Origin: a virus
IMG/VR virus record: IMGVR_UViG_3300035703_000045
Location: 1-64,000 of that record
DNA length: 64,000 bases
Strand: one strand, 5' to 3'
Part shown: positions 55,035 through 64,000 of the stretch, one piece after another
Layout: each line of letters begins with the position of its first letter
How positions within the stretch are numbered: position 1 is the first letter of the stretch
Made by a program: the position numbers and the translations under genes
The notes under the pieces: model-generated
The model's input: only the letters and a program-made list of their open reading frames with translations
Databases searched by the model: none
What the model was told of the DNA's origin: nothing

Positions 55035-56261
55035 TTAGTTACGATTGATGCGTCGGTAGTTGTACACAGCAGAAACTATGCTATCTGCCGCTGGTCTAAT
55101 GCTCTGTTTTGTTGTTGACAGCAATTCTTTTGGCAATGGAATATCAGATAATGTTGAATGTATATCTGATACATCAACATCTTCCTCATCCAAATGCCAG
55201 CGAACCAGTGAGTTTAAAGCACTCAACATGGGCTGGAAGTTCGGGGTATCAAACGATGTGTCAATGATACTAGCCACCAACTCAGGGTAGCGGTAGGAGG
55301 CATCTAATCCACGGAGGATGACAGCCTGCTGGATCACACTGTCAAAGGCATCATTCCACGGAAGGTTGATACCTGACCGGTCAAAGTCTGACATCAGGAA
55401 CCGCAGGGTCACTCCCATGTCGTCATCCAACGTGACTGGCATGTTCTCCATGAGACTGGTCTGTACTGACTTGGTGCAAAACATGAGCACGGGGGAGTCG
55501 GCTTTGATGAACCGTTCGTTGGTGAAAAACCGGTCAATCATTCCCTTGATGGTGGGTCGGGTAAGACCACCGTCAAGTAGTAACCGGATGTTGCGCCGAA
55601 GGATGTTCATGTCCTGAAAGGTGTACGAGCAGTTCATGACAGACCGTGGATGGTAGACGAAGTAGTTCGTCAGGTCGTTGACCTCTGGGCGTGGCTTCCG
55701 TTTGGTTTCTGACTGCTTGGTCTGTTCAGGTTTGTCTGGGTCTGCCCCAATGATCATGTCGCCCTCGGCCCTCTTTAATAATTCTCTATGTATCTCTTTA
55801 TCTATTATTACTCTATGGTTTTCGTTTTGCTGGTCACACGCTGGAGTTTCTTTGATTTCAATAGGGTCATGGGTGACCCTATCAACCTCATTGGATAGGG
55901 TCATGGGTGACCCTATAATAGGGTCATGGGTGACCCCATATGGGGTCATGGGTGACCCTATTACCTTCTGTGTATAATGCACTTTATATACCGAAGATGC
56001 GGGGCGTGGTCGTCGTACAATATTAATGATGTGGTGTTGTTCCAACCACTTCAATGACCGCTTAACAGTCTCTTTGGAAGTGCGTGATTTGATGGCGATG
56101 TCGGAAATGGAAGCGTCAATCTCTTTGGTGTTGAGGCTCATCATGGACACCAACGTGACCAGAATCTGCAAGTCTCGGGGTTGCCCGTGCTCGTTGATGT
56201 AGTCCACGGACCACTCAGGAACAGCAATAAATCTACCCCCGAAGACATTACTGGTTCCCAT
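55035..56261 (-). CDS. HTH replication initiator (lambda O-like organisation)
   Basis: N-terminal wHTH SISDIA...SKETVKRSLKWLE; internal DNA repeats; directly upstream of the loader, helicase and primase. Confidence 0.7.
   Translation of the reverse strand: MGTSNVFGGRFIAVPEWSVDYINEHGQPRDLQILVTLVSMMSLNTKEIDASISDIAIKSRTSKETVKRSLKWLEQHHIINIVRRPRPASSVYKVHYTQKVIGSPMTPYGVTHDPIIGSPMTLSNEVDRVTHDPIEIKETPACDQQNENHRVIIDKEIHRELLKRAEGDMIIGADPDKPEQTKQSETKRKPRPEVNDLTNYFVYHPRSVMNCSYTFQDMNILRRNIRLLLDGGLTRPTIKGMIDRFFTNERFIKADSPVLMFCTKSVQTSLMENMPVTLDDDMGVTLRFLMSDFDRSGINLPWNDAFDSVIQQAVILRGLDASYRYPELVASIIDTSFDTPNFQPMLSALNSLVRWHLDEEDVDVSDIHSTLSDIPLPKELLSTTKQSIRPAADSIVSAVYNYRRINRN
55861..55961. repeat. Four iteron-like repeats, putative phage replication origin
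   Basis: Core GGGTCATGGGTGACCC at 55864, 55898, 55921 and 55943; AT-rich tract at about 55770-55830. Confidence 0.8.
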
Positions 56262-56349
56262 GAGGTGGAGGACGTTATCACCTTTTTTGTCCCTCTGCAA
56301 CACACGTCACAGAGTGATATTCTGTAATTTGCCGAGCACTGGAGACAAA

Positions 56350-56784
56350 GTGAAAGATTTAATTAAATCGCTGAAAGTGGTCATGTCCGATGTAGTTACT
56401 TTCTACTTCATGGCTCATGGGTACCATTGGAACGTGGAAGGTCAAGACTTCAGCCAGTACCACTCTTTGTTCTCCGACATCTATGAGGATGTGTACGGTT
56501 CCATTGATCCACTTGCAGAAAACATCCGCAAACTTGACGACTACGCACCTTTCAACCTTCAGAAGTTTATTGATCTACGAACCATTGAATTCAAGGATGT
56601 ACAGCCAAGTCCAAAGGCAATGGCTGGTTCTCTGATGAAGGCTAACGACATCTTGCTTGAGCGTCTTAACGAAGCGTTTGATCAGGCAACTAAAGATAAA
56701 CAGCAGGGCATCGCCAACTTCCTTGCTGACCGCATTGATATGCATATGAAATGGCGTTGGCAACTTAAAGCATCAACGAAATAG
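56350..56784 (+). CDS. dps: Dps-family ferritin-like DNA-protection protein
   Basis: AHGYHWNVEG..F..YH.LF...YE...ID.LAE.IR...QGIANFL...H.KW.W.L. Confidence 0.9.
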   Translation: MKDLIKSLKVVMSDVVTFYFMAHGYHWNVEGQDFSQYHSLFSDIYEDVYGSIDPLAENIRKLDDYAPFNLQKFIDLRTIEFKDVQPSPKAMAGSLMKANDILLERLNEAFDQATKDKQQGIANFLADRIDMHMKWRWQLKASTK

Positions 56785-56792
56785 GAGTTACC

Positions 56793-57083
56793 GTGGCAAG
56801 TAAAAAAGATCCCCGTCTTGAACGGGCAGGTGTTGATGGTTACAACAAACCAAAGCGTACGCCTGACCACCCAACTAAGTCGCACATTGTTGTTGCCAAA
56901 GAAGGCGACAAGGTAAAGACCATCCGCTTTGGTGAACAGGGTGCCGAGACTGCCGGTAAGCCCAAGGCTGGAGAGTCTGAGCGCATGAAAGATAAACGTG
57001 CGTCGTTCAAGGCTCGTCACGCTAAAAACATTGCCAAGGGAAAGATGTCAGCCGCCTACTGGGCTAACAAGGAGAAGTGGTGA
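56793..57083 (+). CDS. Small basic phage protein
   Basis: GYNKPKRTP.HPTKSH.V...IRFG.QG...SFKARH...SAAYWA. Confidence 0.7.
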   Translation: MASKKDPRLERAGVDGYNKPKRTPDHPTKSHIVVAKEGDKVKTIRFGEQGAETAGKPKAGESERMKDKRASFKARHAKNIAKGKMSAAYWANKEKW

Positions 57084-57274
57084 TGGCTTCTAAAAAGAAG
57101 ACTGAATCAAAGGTTAACGAGGCTGGTAACTACACAAAGCCAGCCCTTCGTAAGCGTCTCTTCAACGAGATTAAGGCTGGCACAAAAGGGGGAGACCCCG
57201 GTGAATGGTCAGCACGAAAAGCCCAACTCCTTGCCAAACGGTACAAGGAAGCCGGTGGTGGGTACAAGGACTGA
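57083..57274 (+). CDS. Small basic protein (DUF5872 N-half-like)
   Basis: YTKPALRKRL...GTKGGDPGEWSARKAQLLAKRYKEAGGGY. Confidence 0.7.
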   Translation: MASKKKTESKVNEAGNYTKPALRKRLFNEIKAGTKGGDPGEWSARKAQLLAKRYKEAGGGYKD

Positions 57275-57276
57275 CC

Positions 57277-57525
57277 ATGGCTAAGAAAGAACCACAGAAG
57301 GATTTAGACAAGTGGACTAAAGAGAAGTGGCGCACTTCTGATGGTTCAGAGTCAAAGGGCAAGAAGCGGTACCTTCCTGATAAGGCGTGGAATGAATTGT
57401 CTCCACAAGAGAAAGCCGCTACCAATAAAGCCAAGGCTGAAGGAAACAAGAAGGGAAAGCAGTTTGTTCCCCAGCCCAAGAGCATCGCAGAAAAGACAGC
57501 GAAACACCGGAAGGGAGGTAAGTGA
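57277..57525 (+). CDS. Small basic protein (DUF5872 C-half-like)
   Basis: QKDLDKWTKEKWRT...RYLPDKAW..LS..EK.ATN..K...GKQFV. Confidence 0.7.
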   Translation: MAKKEPQKDLDKWTKEKWRTSDGSESKGKKRYLPDKAWNELSPQEKAATNKAKAEGNKKGKQFVPQPKSIAEKTAKHRKGGK

Positions 57526-57527
57526 TT

Positions 57528-57644
57528 ATGTGTGCATCATGTGGATGTGGTCTCAAGGACAAGAAAGATCCCGGCTACGGCAAGGGACCAAAGAACAGCA
57601 AGAAGGCTTCAGAGAAGAAAGCCGCCCCAAAGAAGAAGAAGTGA
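57528..57644 (+). CDS. Tiny Lys-rich peptide with N-terminal CxxCGC (38 aa)
   Basis: MCASCGCGLKDKKDPGYGKGPKNSKKASEKKAAPKKKK; GGAGG RBS. Confidence 0.5.
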   Translation: MCASCGCGLKDKKDPGYGKGPKNSKKASEKKAAPKKKK

Positions 57645-57675
57645 ACTCACTGATTACTCACAGTTGTGGGTAATA

Positions 57676-57708
57676 GAAAAACCCCTAGCCGTGCGCTAGG
57701 GGTTTTTC
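57676..57708. terminator. Bidirectional intrinsic terminator
   Basis: GAAAAACCCCTAGC-CGTGC-GCTAGGGGTTTTTC between convergent gene blocks. Confidence 0.85.
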
Positions 57709-57781
57709 ATGTGGTGGGGGAACCACGTTTTTTATTTAGCCCAATGTGACTACTCACATCGGTATGTCATGGAGCACTGTA

Positions 57782-58540
57782 TCAGTGGGTAGTGTGACTG
57801 ACAACCATCTTGAACATTTTATTTAAAAGTTCTGGGTCTCCCTTAAACCCAAGTTCAACACCGTTGTTGAACAGCACAATGATTGTGCTGATCTCCCCGT
57901 CGTTTTCCTTTGGGTCTTCCTCATGGGTGTTGTTGCCCACAAGCACACGGATTGCTTCCTCTTTGGTCTTCACATCATGACCGGCATCACGGGCCATCCG
58001 CTTTACAGATGCGGCTGGCATAACCTGAAGGGTCTCTTCATCAAAAGACATCTCCCCAACGCTAGGGAGTTCTGCGTCACTGACAGGCTTCTCAGGCTCA
58101 GACACCTCATCAATAATGATCGGGGTCAGTCCATTGGTGAGTTCTAGTGAAGGGATACCTGATTCAATGCAGGATGTGGCAATCTCAATGGATCGCTCAG
58201 GGTGGCTCTCATCCCAAACGAGCAAAGCAATACCTTTGATATCACGTTCAGCAAGTATGTTGATGATATCAAAGTCAACATCGTCGGACTCAATCGTTTC
58301 CTTAGCCTTGTCCATGAGAACCTTAGGTGGTTTACGCCCCTCGTTGCTGACAACCAAGGAAAACATTGCGTCGTTATCCAACATCCAGTCGTAAACAATC
58401 TCCATGGATGCCGACACTTTCTTGTTGCCGTACCACGGAACGACGTACATAACTTTTGTGGAGACATCCCCCAATGAAGCAATTACTGTGGATGGCTCAA
58501 CCTCATTGGTTGATCCAATAACCCCGTACAACTCTTGCAT
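57782..58540 (-). CDS. Hypothetical protein
   Basis: AGGAG RBS before MQELYGVIG. Confidence 0.65.
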   Translation of the reverse strand: MQELYGVIGSTNEVEPSTVIASLGDVSTKVMYVVPWYGNKKVSASMEIVYDWMLDNDAMFSLVVSNEGRKPPKVLMDKAKETIESDDVDFDIINILAERDIKGIALLVWDESHPERSIEIATSCIESGIPSLELTNGLTPIIIDEVSEPEKPVSDAELPSVGEMSFDEETLQVMPAASVKRMARDAGHDVKTKEEAIRVLVGNNTHEEDPKENDGEISTIIVLFNNGVELGFKGDPELLNKMFKMVVSHTTH

Positions 58541-58547
58541 GTTGCTC

Positions 58548-58805
58548 CTATCGCAAACTCTTTCGGTGTGCCGCATCCCCACTGAGCGTAAGGAGGCGAT
58601 GAACAGCATGCACTGTACCAGACAGTGAAGCAATCGCCAATCCATTAATCACAAGATTTTCACATCCGATGATTAGTCCAGCAACGTACCCAAGAACGAT
58701 CCCTGCCAAGATCTTTACCCACGGCATTGCTTCTCGGGGAAGAACTGCGTCTATGAATTGGAGCGTTTTATATACCGCTAGTGAGGCTAAAAGTATGCTT
58801 ATCAT
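58548..58805 (-). CDS. Small multi-TM membrane protein (holin-like candidate)
   Basis: Two to three hydrophobic helices at the end of the tail operon. Confidence 0.5.
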   Translation of the reverse strand: MISILLASLAVYKTLQFIDAVLPREAMPWVKILAGIVLGYVAGLIIGCENLVINGLAIASLSGTVHAVHRLLTLSGDAAHRKSLR

Positions 58806-60493
58806 AATCCCGGTATGTTGTTGTAAGTGACTGTGTACTTCAGGTTTGAAGTTGGAATCACATTACTATAAACAGTACCGGATGTCACCAATTCGGATGC
58901 TGGCAAGATACTGGGGATCAATCTCTTGATCACATTTTTGGTCTTTTGATAGTTAGCCGTGTACACAGAGAACGACGCATTTGGGTTTGCTGGGTCTAAC
59001 CAGCGGTAGTCAGAAATTGTGTTCACTCCGTCAACAAGCCAACCACCAAGACGGGTGTACCCATCAAAGTATTCGCCCTCGTAATTACGCTCTAGTAAGA
59101 GGTACTTAAAGTCGTCAAAGTTATAGTTTACAGAGTTGTAAACAGACGTGAATGTGATCCGTACCTTTGCGTTAGTGTAACTAGAGAAACTGCTGGGTAC
59201 GTCAAGTTTCCAGTATTTAGTTGAACCCACTCTAACTGGAGAGGTGTCCTCGGCAATCAATGCTGAGGCAGAGGTGTACAACCCCACTGATACCACAGCA
59301 TCTTGAACGGGCTTCAAAAGGCTTCCGGTTTGGATAGAGAAGTACAAAGAATCCCCCGAGATAACGGGAACATCTGCTCCTGCTGTTTCCAAAACAAACT
59401 GGGTACCATTAGATGGGTTCGGGTAACCAACCCACTTCTGGGTAGTTACTGTGGCATTGCTTCCACCATCTGTTGGTGTGCCTCCGGTATAAGTAGGGCT
59501 AAACGATACCGTCCCTGCAAGACCTGCGTCGTAAACAGTAACGGAGGTCATGTCAGTAGATGGATAACCACCATCTAGACCCGCCGCTACCCCGTTAACC
59601 AGCATAGGGTCTTTTATTAAGTTACAACGCTGAGTGTAGATTTTAATTGTGTTAGTTGCTGTATCAACTGTTGCTTGTGCCCCAGCCAGCACACTTAGTT
59701 CTTTTTCTATTGACGAAATGGTTCCCTTGCTTCGTCGTATAATGCCTGCGGCATCCATGAGGTTCCGTAGTCGTTCACTACTCAGTTCTGAAGCCGTAAG
59801 GTTGATACCCATTTCATAGGCCAACTTGTTCAAAGTTTCCACTTCGGCTATCTGGGGGTCTTTCATAACGATCATGTAATCAAGTACCGACCGGATATAA
59901 TCCATGTCCCATCCGAATATGGAAAGATATTTGTACAACGGACTTCCGTTTTCTTGATCCAACATTCGGTAATAGGCAGGCACTCGTTTATAGAGTGCAT
60001 CAGTACTTCCATAATTAGTAGGAAGTAGAACCGACAAACGTGCTACAGGTTCGTAGTAATCATCAGTGCCATTAGAAAGGAATCGTACGAACATCGTGTA
60101 GTACGCCCATGTCCCACTAACATCCGTGTGTGTTATCTCCGACTGAGTTCTAGTGTTAATTAGTGTGACACCCTCAGCAATTGTTTCGGGGTGACCAAAG
60201 GGTGAATACACGATGTACACAGAGTAGGGAACAGGGGTAGAGGTTGTTGGGGTCTGTAGGGTTATACCCCAATTTAGATTTACCTTCCCGTAGTCATATG
60301 CGTAAGCCTCAAACAGTTCTGGGCTACTAAGGACAGCACCAACTTCCCCACTCGGGGCAATCTGTATTTCATCACCACGCAGGTATGTAGCAGATGCGGC
60401 TCCTGCCGATGCAGAGGAGTCAGAAGGGTAATACTGAAGGTATGACCCTCCTTCAAATGTGGTTCTGCGTAGGGTAAAGGATTTGCGAGCCAT
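58802..60493 (-). CDS. Baseplate wedge / tail protein I-like
   Basis: LYKRVPAYYR.LD...LYKYLSIFG...SKGT..SI; follows baseplate J. Confidence 0.7.
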   Translation of the reverse strand: MARKSFTLRRTTFEGGSYLQYYPSDSSASAGAASATYLRGDEIQIAPSGEVGAVLSSPELFEAYAYDYGKVNLNWGITLQTPTTSTPVPYSVYIVYSPFGHPETIAEGVTLINTRTQSEITHTDVSGTWAYYTMFVRFLSNGTDDYYEPVARLSVLLPTNYGSTDALYKRVPAYYRMLDQENGSPLYKYLSIFGWDMDYIRSVLDYMIVMKDPQIAEVETLNKLAYEMGINLTASELSSERLRNLMDAAGIIRRSKGTISSIEKELSVLAGAQATVDTATNTIKIYTQRCNLIKDPMLVNGVAAGLDGGYPSTDMTSVTVYDAGLAGTVSFSPTYTGGTPTDGGSNATVTTQKWVGYPNPSNGTQFVLETAGADVPVISGDSLYFSIQTGSLLKPVQDAVVSVGLYTSASALIAEDTSPVRVGSTKYWKLDVPSSFSSYTNAKVRITFTSVYNSVNYNFDDFKYLLLERNYEGEYFDGYTRLGGWLVDGVNTISDYRWLDPANPNASFSVYTANYQKTKNVIKRLIPSILPASELVTSGTVYSNVIPTSNLKYTVTYNNIPGL

Positions 60494-60494
60494 A

Positions 60495-61964
60495 TTATGC
60501 CGACGTGGTCATTCCACCAGTTGTTGTTACCACTACCGTTCCCTTTTTCAATAGTTCTACAGGTGAGAGTGCCCCAGTTGATATGGGGTTATTACTTGGG
60601 TCATACATTTGGAATGTACTAATAGTGCAGTAATCAACACCTTCAACTGCCATAACCAACTTGTATACATCGGCTACCCGTATTTCTTTTCCAAAGTCAA
60701 CAGAACTAAACGAAAACAGACCATCAAGCGCATCACTTACATCTGATTTAACCCAAGCCGCTACATAATTGTCCGACACTTTTACATCAACGCTGATATT
60801 TAGTTTATTGACAACCAAAGAACTAGCAATAGTGAGGGTGGTACCAAGTACCTTTTTAGGGGTAATTATGCCGGAAACAAGTGATTGAAGATCAGCAGAG
60901 ACGCTAATGCTGTTTGCTGACAGATTGAGGTAGTCACTTACATAAGGAAGTGGGTACACGGTTACTGATGCACCACCTGCTCCTGATGTATAAGAAGCCA
61001 CAGCCTTATACACACCATCTGCCCTAAGTGCGAGATCCTTGTAGTCCTCTAGGGTAACTGCACGGTCTTGTGACCGTACAACTGCCTGTAGAGAGCGTCG
61101 TATTGATTCAACATTCTCTCCGTCTCCACCACCTGTTGCAACAGAGGAACCAGAGATGGAGAGTGAAGCAGATGGGGAACTCTTAAATGATCTGATTGCA
61201 TTTTGCGGTATGTTTCCAAGAGAACCAGACCCAACAGTGTAAGTCACTGTGATGGTGCTACCAGCAACAGGTATACGTCCATTAGCACGGTTACCAAACA
61301 CAATTTCAATCTCGTCATTGGCTGTTAGGTAAAGAACATAACCGGGGGTACCAATTGGAATATCGGTGATGTTTCCGTACCGAATCCACCGTTGTGACGT
61401 TCCCTCTTCAGTAACGTACACTTGGATAGTTGAAGGCACTACTTTTGTAGTTGGTATTTTATACCTTTGGCTTGGTTGACCGGAAGACGATGAAGTCAGT
61501 ACTTGGTCAACGACACGAGTTCCTTCTTTTACAAGAACCGATACAGTGGAGGCACTGGCGGCTGTTACTTCTGAGGTGGCATAGAAGTAAAAGTATTCAT
61601 CGTTTGAGATTCCAACAAACTCTGTGTACTGAGGGATGCTCACCGATGATGAACTGGAGTTTGAAACGTACACAGTTGCTTCAGAAGATGTTTTAAAGTT
61701 TGGCGTATAGTCATACAGATTTGCGTATGCAAGAACGCTCTCTCGCTGTGTAGCGGTCTCAATAAATGCCTCTTGAGATGCCCGATCAATGTAGTAATGA
61801 ATGACATCTCCCATGTACGACCATAGGTCTACAAACATCATTCCAAAGTCAGAGGGGTCACGATCAGTCCACTCGGGAACCGTCGTGGATGCACGGCGCA
61901 ATAGGTCTTGTTTGATATTGGAAAAGTTACGACTTGCGTAATCAAATGCTGGGTTAGTAGCCAT
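60495..61964 (-). CDS. Baseplate J-like (gp6-like) wedge protein
   Basis: DYASRNF...PEWTD...DFG...EAFIETA..RES; GGGDGE..E..R; RAVTLEDY; VEGVDY. Confidence 0.9.
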   Translation of the reverse strand: MATNPAFDYASRNFSNIKQDLLRRASTTVPEWTDRDPSDFGMMFVDLWSYMGDVIHYYIDRASQEAFIETATQRESVLAYANLYDYTPNFKTSSEATVYVSNSSSSSVSIPQYTEFVGISNDEYFYFYATSEVTAASASTVSVLVKEGTRVVDQVLTSSSSGQPSQRYKIPTTKVVPSTIQVYVTEEGTSQRWIRYGNITDIPIGTPGYVLYLTANDEIEIVFGNRANGRIPVAGSTITVTYTVGSGSLGNIPQNAIRSFKSSPSASLSISGSSVATGGGDGENVESIRRSLQAVVRSQDRAVTLEDYKDLALRADGVYKAVASYTSGAGGASVTVYPLPYVSDYLNLSANSISVSADLQSLVSGIITPKKVLGTTLTIASSLVVNKLNISVDVKVSDNYVAAWVKSDVSDALDGLFSFSSVDFGKEIRVADVYKLVMAVEGVDYCTISTFQMYDPSNNPISTGALSPVELLKKGTVVVTTTGGMTTSA

Positions 61965-61972
61965 AGTTATCC

Positions 61973-62374
61973 TTAGAAAGCAGTGTCTTCTGTTATGGTA
62001 CCGGGATAGGCTACTTTGATAGTGGCTAGTTGTGTAACACCAAGTGGCAATCTGTATTCAACGTATACCATCATAACATTTTTGCTCTCCTGTAATGAAC
62101 CCATATTGTTCATGTACATATTACTAATGTTTGCTGTTGATATGTTGTCCTTCAGATCCATAACGGCATCGGTTCGGTAGTCAGAAAAGATTAACGGATC
62201 GTTTATTTCATGAACCATTCCCATGAGTCCAGAGCCGTACGTCGGGATAGACACTCTTTCCAAAGGCTCTGTGACCAGCACATTTGCAATCTTTTGCTCT
62301 GTAATGGTCTCTAAATCTCGGGTTATAGATACCCGACCGTTATCAAATGAGAATGGTATTTTCATAGATTTCAT
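61973..62374 (-). CDS. gp25/GPW-like baseplate protein
   Basis: PF.F..G...I.NVL.T...ERV..P.YGS.L. Confidence 0.8.
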   Translation of the reverse strand: MKSMKIPFSFDNGRVSITRDLETITEQKIANVLVTEPLERVSIPTYGSGLMGMVHEINDPLIFSDYRTDAVMDLKDNISTANISNMYMNNMGSLQESKNVMMVYVEYRLPLGVTQLATIKVAYPGTITEDTAF

Positions 62375-62384
62375 GGCATCTCCA

Positions 62385-62621
62385 TCAGATCACATTAAGT
62401 AGATAAACTTTATCAAAGTTATTACCCTCAACAGCAACAATAATCTGTGAGTCAACAGGTGGTGCCCATGTCAGGTATTGCCCATTAGAAGGCTTATGTA
62501 GTGCAATACTTTCTGATGGTCCAAGAATGTGGGGTATCTTTACATACACATTTCCCGTTGTTGTGTCAGACTGGACTACCAATGCACGGTAGACATCCAT
62601 ATTTGGTTTAGGTGTACTCAT
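62385..62621 (-). CDS. Short baseplate spike OB-fold-like protein
   Basis: VYRALVV..D...G.V.VKIP.ILG...PP..SQI.VA.EG. Confidence 0.65.
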   Translation of the reverse strand: MSTPKPNMDVYRALVVQSDTTTGNVYVKIPHILGPSESIALHKPSNGQYLTWAPPVDSQIIVAVEGNNFDKVYLLNVI

Positions 62622-63768
62622 TAACTTTCTCCAATGATGATACCCATACCCCATTTTTCATTATGGGGGTTGGTGGTTTTATGAAGTTTGATACGTTTGG
62701 TACCTCAGGGTCTTGTGTGTAATCATCATTTTTAAATAACTCTAAATTAGTTACATACTTTTCTTTTCCAATTTTATGGTGAACACTTGAGACATACCAT
62801 AAACCATCAAACGCTGAGTCATACTTATTTAAATTAACGGTACCACCGGGTACTATCCCACCACCAGCGGCTATCTCTGCTTTGGCTCGGTACACACTTT
62901 TGTAGCGTTCACTAGAGGCTATTGCTCTTATGTTTTCCTCCACCGTTTGGTACGGGGTCTTTAGAGGAATAGTAAACTTAGAACTAAGAACTGTCTTATG
63001 GTTAGCAATATCTGTGTTAGTTGCATCCATTTCAAAGACATTTCCTTCACGATCAAGGATCGTGTTGGTTGTTTTACTTGAGTTACCTAGTGATGATAGA
63101 TGACCTAAGTAGGGGGAAAAAGCCATCACAGAGCACGGGCTGTTATTAGAATCAGTTTTCATTGTTAATAAGTCATGGTAAGAAGTGAGCCTTCCAACTG
63201 ACTTATCACGGTCCCATATGTGCATATGTGTTCCATGCACAGACATGGTGTAACCAAATGTATCTATAACCTTACGAAGAAACGACCAGTCACTTTCAGA
63301 CGACTGAACAAGTCGTGTTGGCTTAAATGAATCCTTTGGGTAATCCACACTAAAGTGGTATTTTGCCGCCATCTCTTTAATAATGTTTCCAAGGGTTGGG
63401 TAATCCCATACACGAGATGAAACGGTCTTCATATTTAAGGATGCACCAATACAGTTGAGCCGTGTTATCTGTACCGGACTTCTATTTACTAACCCATTTC
63501 TTGTAACAATTTGTGGTTCAGTTGATATGATATATCCATAAAAAGACTGGCTTCTACCATACCCAGAGTCAACAAGAACGTAAACACCGGCACCAAGGTA
63601 ATCAGTTACGGCTCTTGGGGGTAACCCAACAATGTCTATTGAGAGCATGTCATGCTCATTCTCCGTCAAATACAAATCCATTCCTTGAACGGCGGTGTAA
63701 TCAACGGCTACCCCATCAATTGAAAACTCAACATTTGGGGATAATGGGTGAAGACTTTTGGTAATCAT
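62608..63768 (-). CDS. Baseplate hub (late control D / gp27-like)
   Basis: Q..ESDWSFLRK...G; PGGTVNL...FDGLWYVSSVHHKI. Confidence 0.8.
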   Translation of the reverse strand: MITKSLHPLSPNVEFSIDGVAVDYTAVQGMDLYLTENEHDMLSIDIVGLPPRAVTDYLGAGVYVLVDSGYGRSQSFYGYIISTEPQIVTRNGLVNRSPVQITRLNCIGASLNMKTVSSRVWDYPTLGNIIKEMAAKYHFSVDYPKDSFKPTRLVQSSESDWSFLRKVIDTFGYTMSVHGTHMHIWDRDKSVGRLTSYHDLLTMKTDSNNSPCSVMAFSPYLGHLSSLGNSSKTTNTILDREGNVFEMDATNTDIANHKTVLSSKFTIPLKTPYQTVEENIRAIASSERYKSVYRAKAEIAAGGGIVPGGTVNLNKYDSAFDGLWYVSSVHHKIGKEKYVTNLELFKNDDYTQDPEVPNVSNFIKPPTPIMKNGVWVSSLEKVNEYT

Positions 63769-63998
63769 ATTGGAATACGCAAAGAACTTCCTGTTGGTAT
63801 TTGGTCAGGCCATTCAATCTGTGGGTTAATATCAGCAATTTCCCAGTACCTATTACTGTCACCGAGGAATTTGACTGCCAACAAATCAAATGTGTCACCA
63901 TCTCTAGATGTGTAGACAGCAAATTTAGTGGATTCCTGCGGCTTGCGATCAGCATAACGCTTACTATCAGTAAGTTTATAGCGGTCTGTAGATAGGTA
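63765..63998 (-). CDS. LysM / tail-X-like baseplate protein (start lies beyond the window)
   Basis: Not in the ORF track. Frame reads YTSRDGDTFDLLAVKFLGDSNRYWEIADINPQIEWPDQIPTGSSLRIPI*. Confidence 0.8.
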   Translation of the reverse strand, partial: YLSTDRYKLTDSKRYADRKPQESTKFAVYTSRDGDTFDLLAVKFLGDSNRYWEIADINPQIEWPDQIPTGSSLRIPI

Positions 63999-64000
63999 AC

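Noticed and set aside
1-64000. Stop-codon reassignment, introns or inteins
   Set aside because: Known genes are full length and tightly coupled under the standard code; PolA, DnaB and RecA show no intein-sized insertions.

Overview
The window is a 64-kb segment of a large tailed dsDNA phage, probably a contractile-tailed myovirus. The host is most likely an actinobacterium, judging from two WhiB genes, a DUF732-like lipoprotein, an MSMEG_6728-type glycosylase and leaderless promoters. Layout: (1) 1-5.8 kb, minus strand: tail-fibre, virion and membrane genes, a tRNA-Ile(UAU), a methyltransferase and a PhyH-type dioxygenase. (2) 5.8-12.9 kb, minus strand: an array of small unrelated proteins sharing a short L-[GS]-x-Q-F tag, including five ADP-ribosyltransferase-like proteins, a ParB-like protein and a HExxH protein. 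(3) 12.9-14.2 kb: a non-coding strand switch with 13 consensus DnaA boxes plus near-matches and a roughly 430-nt highly pairable RNA candidate. (4) 14.2-28.7 kb, plus strand: a putative early region, very GC-rich up to about 21.2 kb (DUF6011-like protein, SNF2 helicase, MoxR AAA+ and VWA pair). It is punctuated by six TGCGTTAC-S-GTAACGCA palindromes and two tRNA-like mini-elements. (5) 28.7-56.3 kb, minus strand: regulators, modification enzymes, SpoVS, recombination genes and a full replication module (PolA, SSB, primase, DnaB, DnaC-like loader, HTH initiator with internal iterons). (6) 56.3-57.7 kb, plus strand: Dps and small basic proteins. (7) 57.8-64 kb, minus strand: baseplate module. 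All family calls come from motif recognition by eye; no database search or folding program was run.
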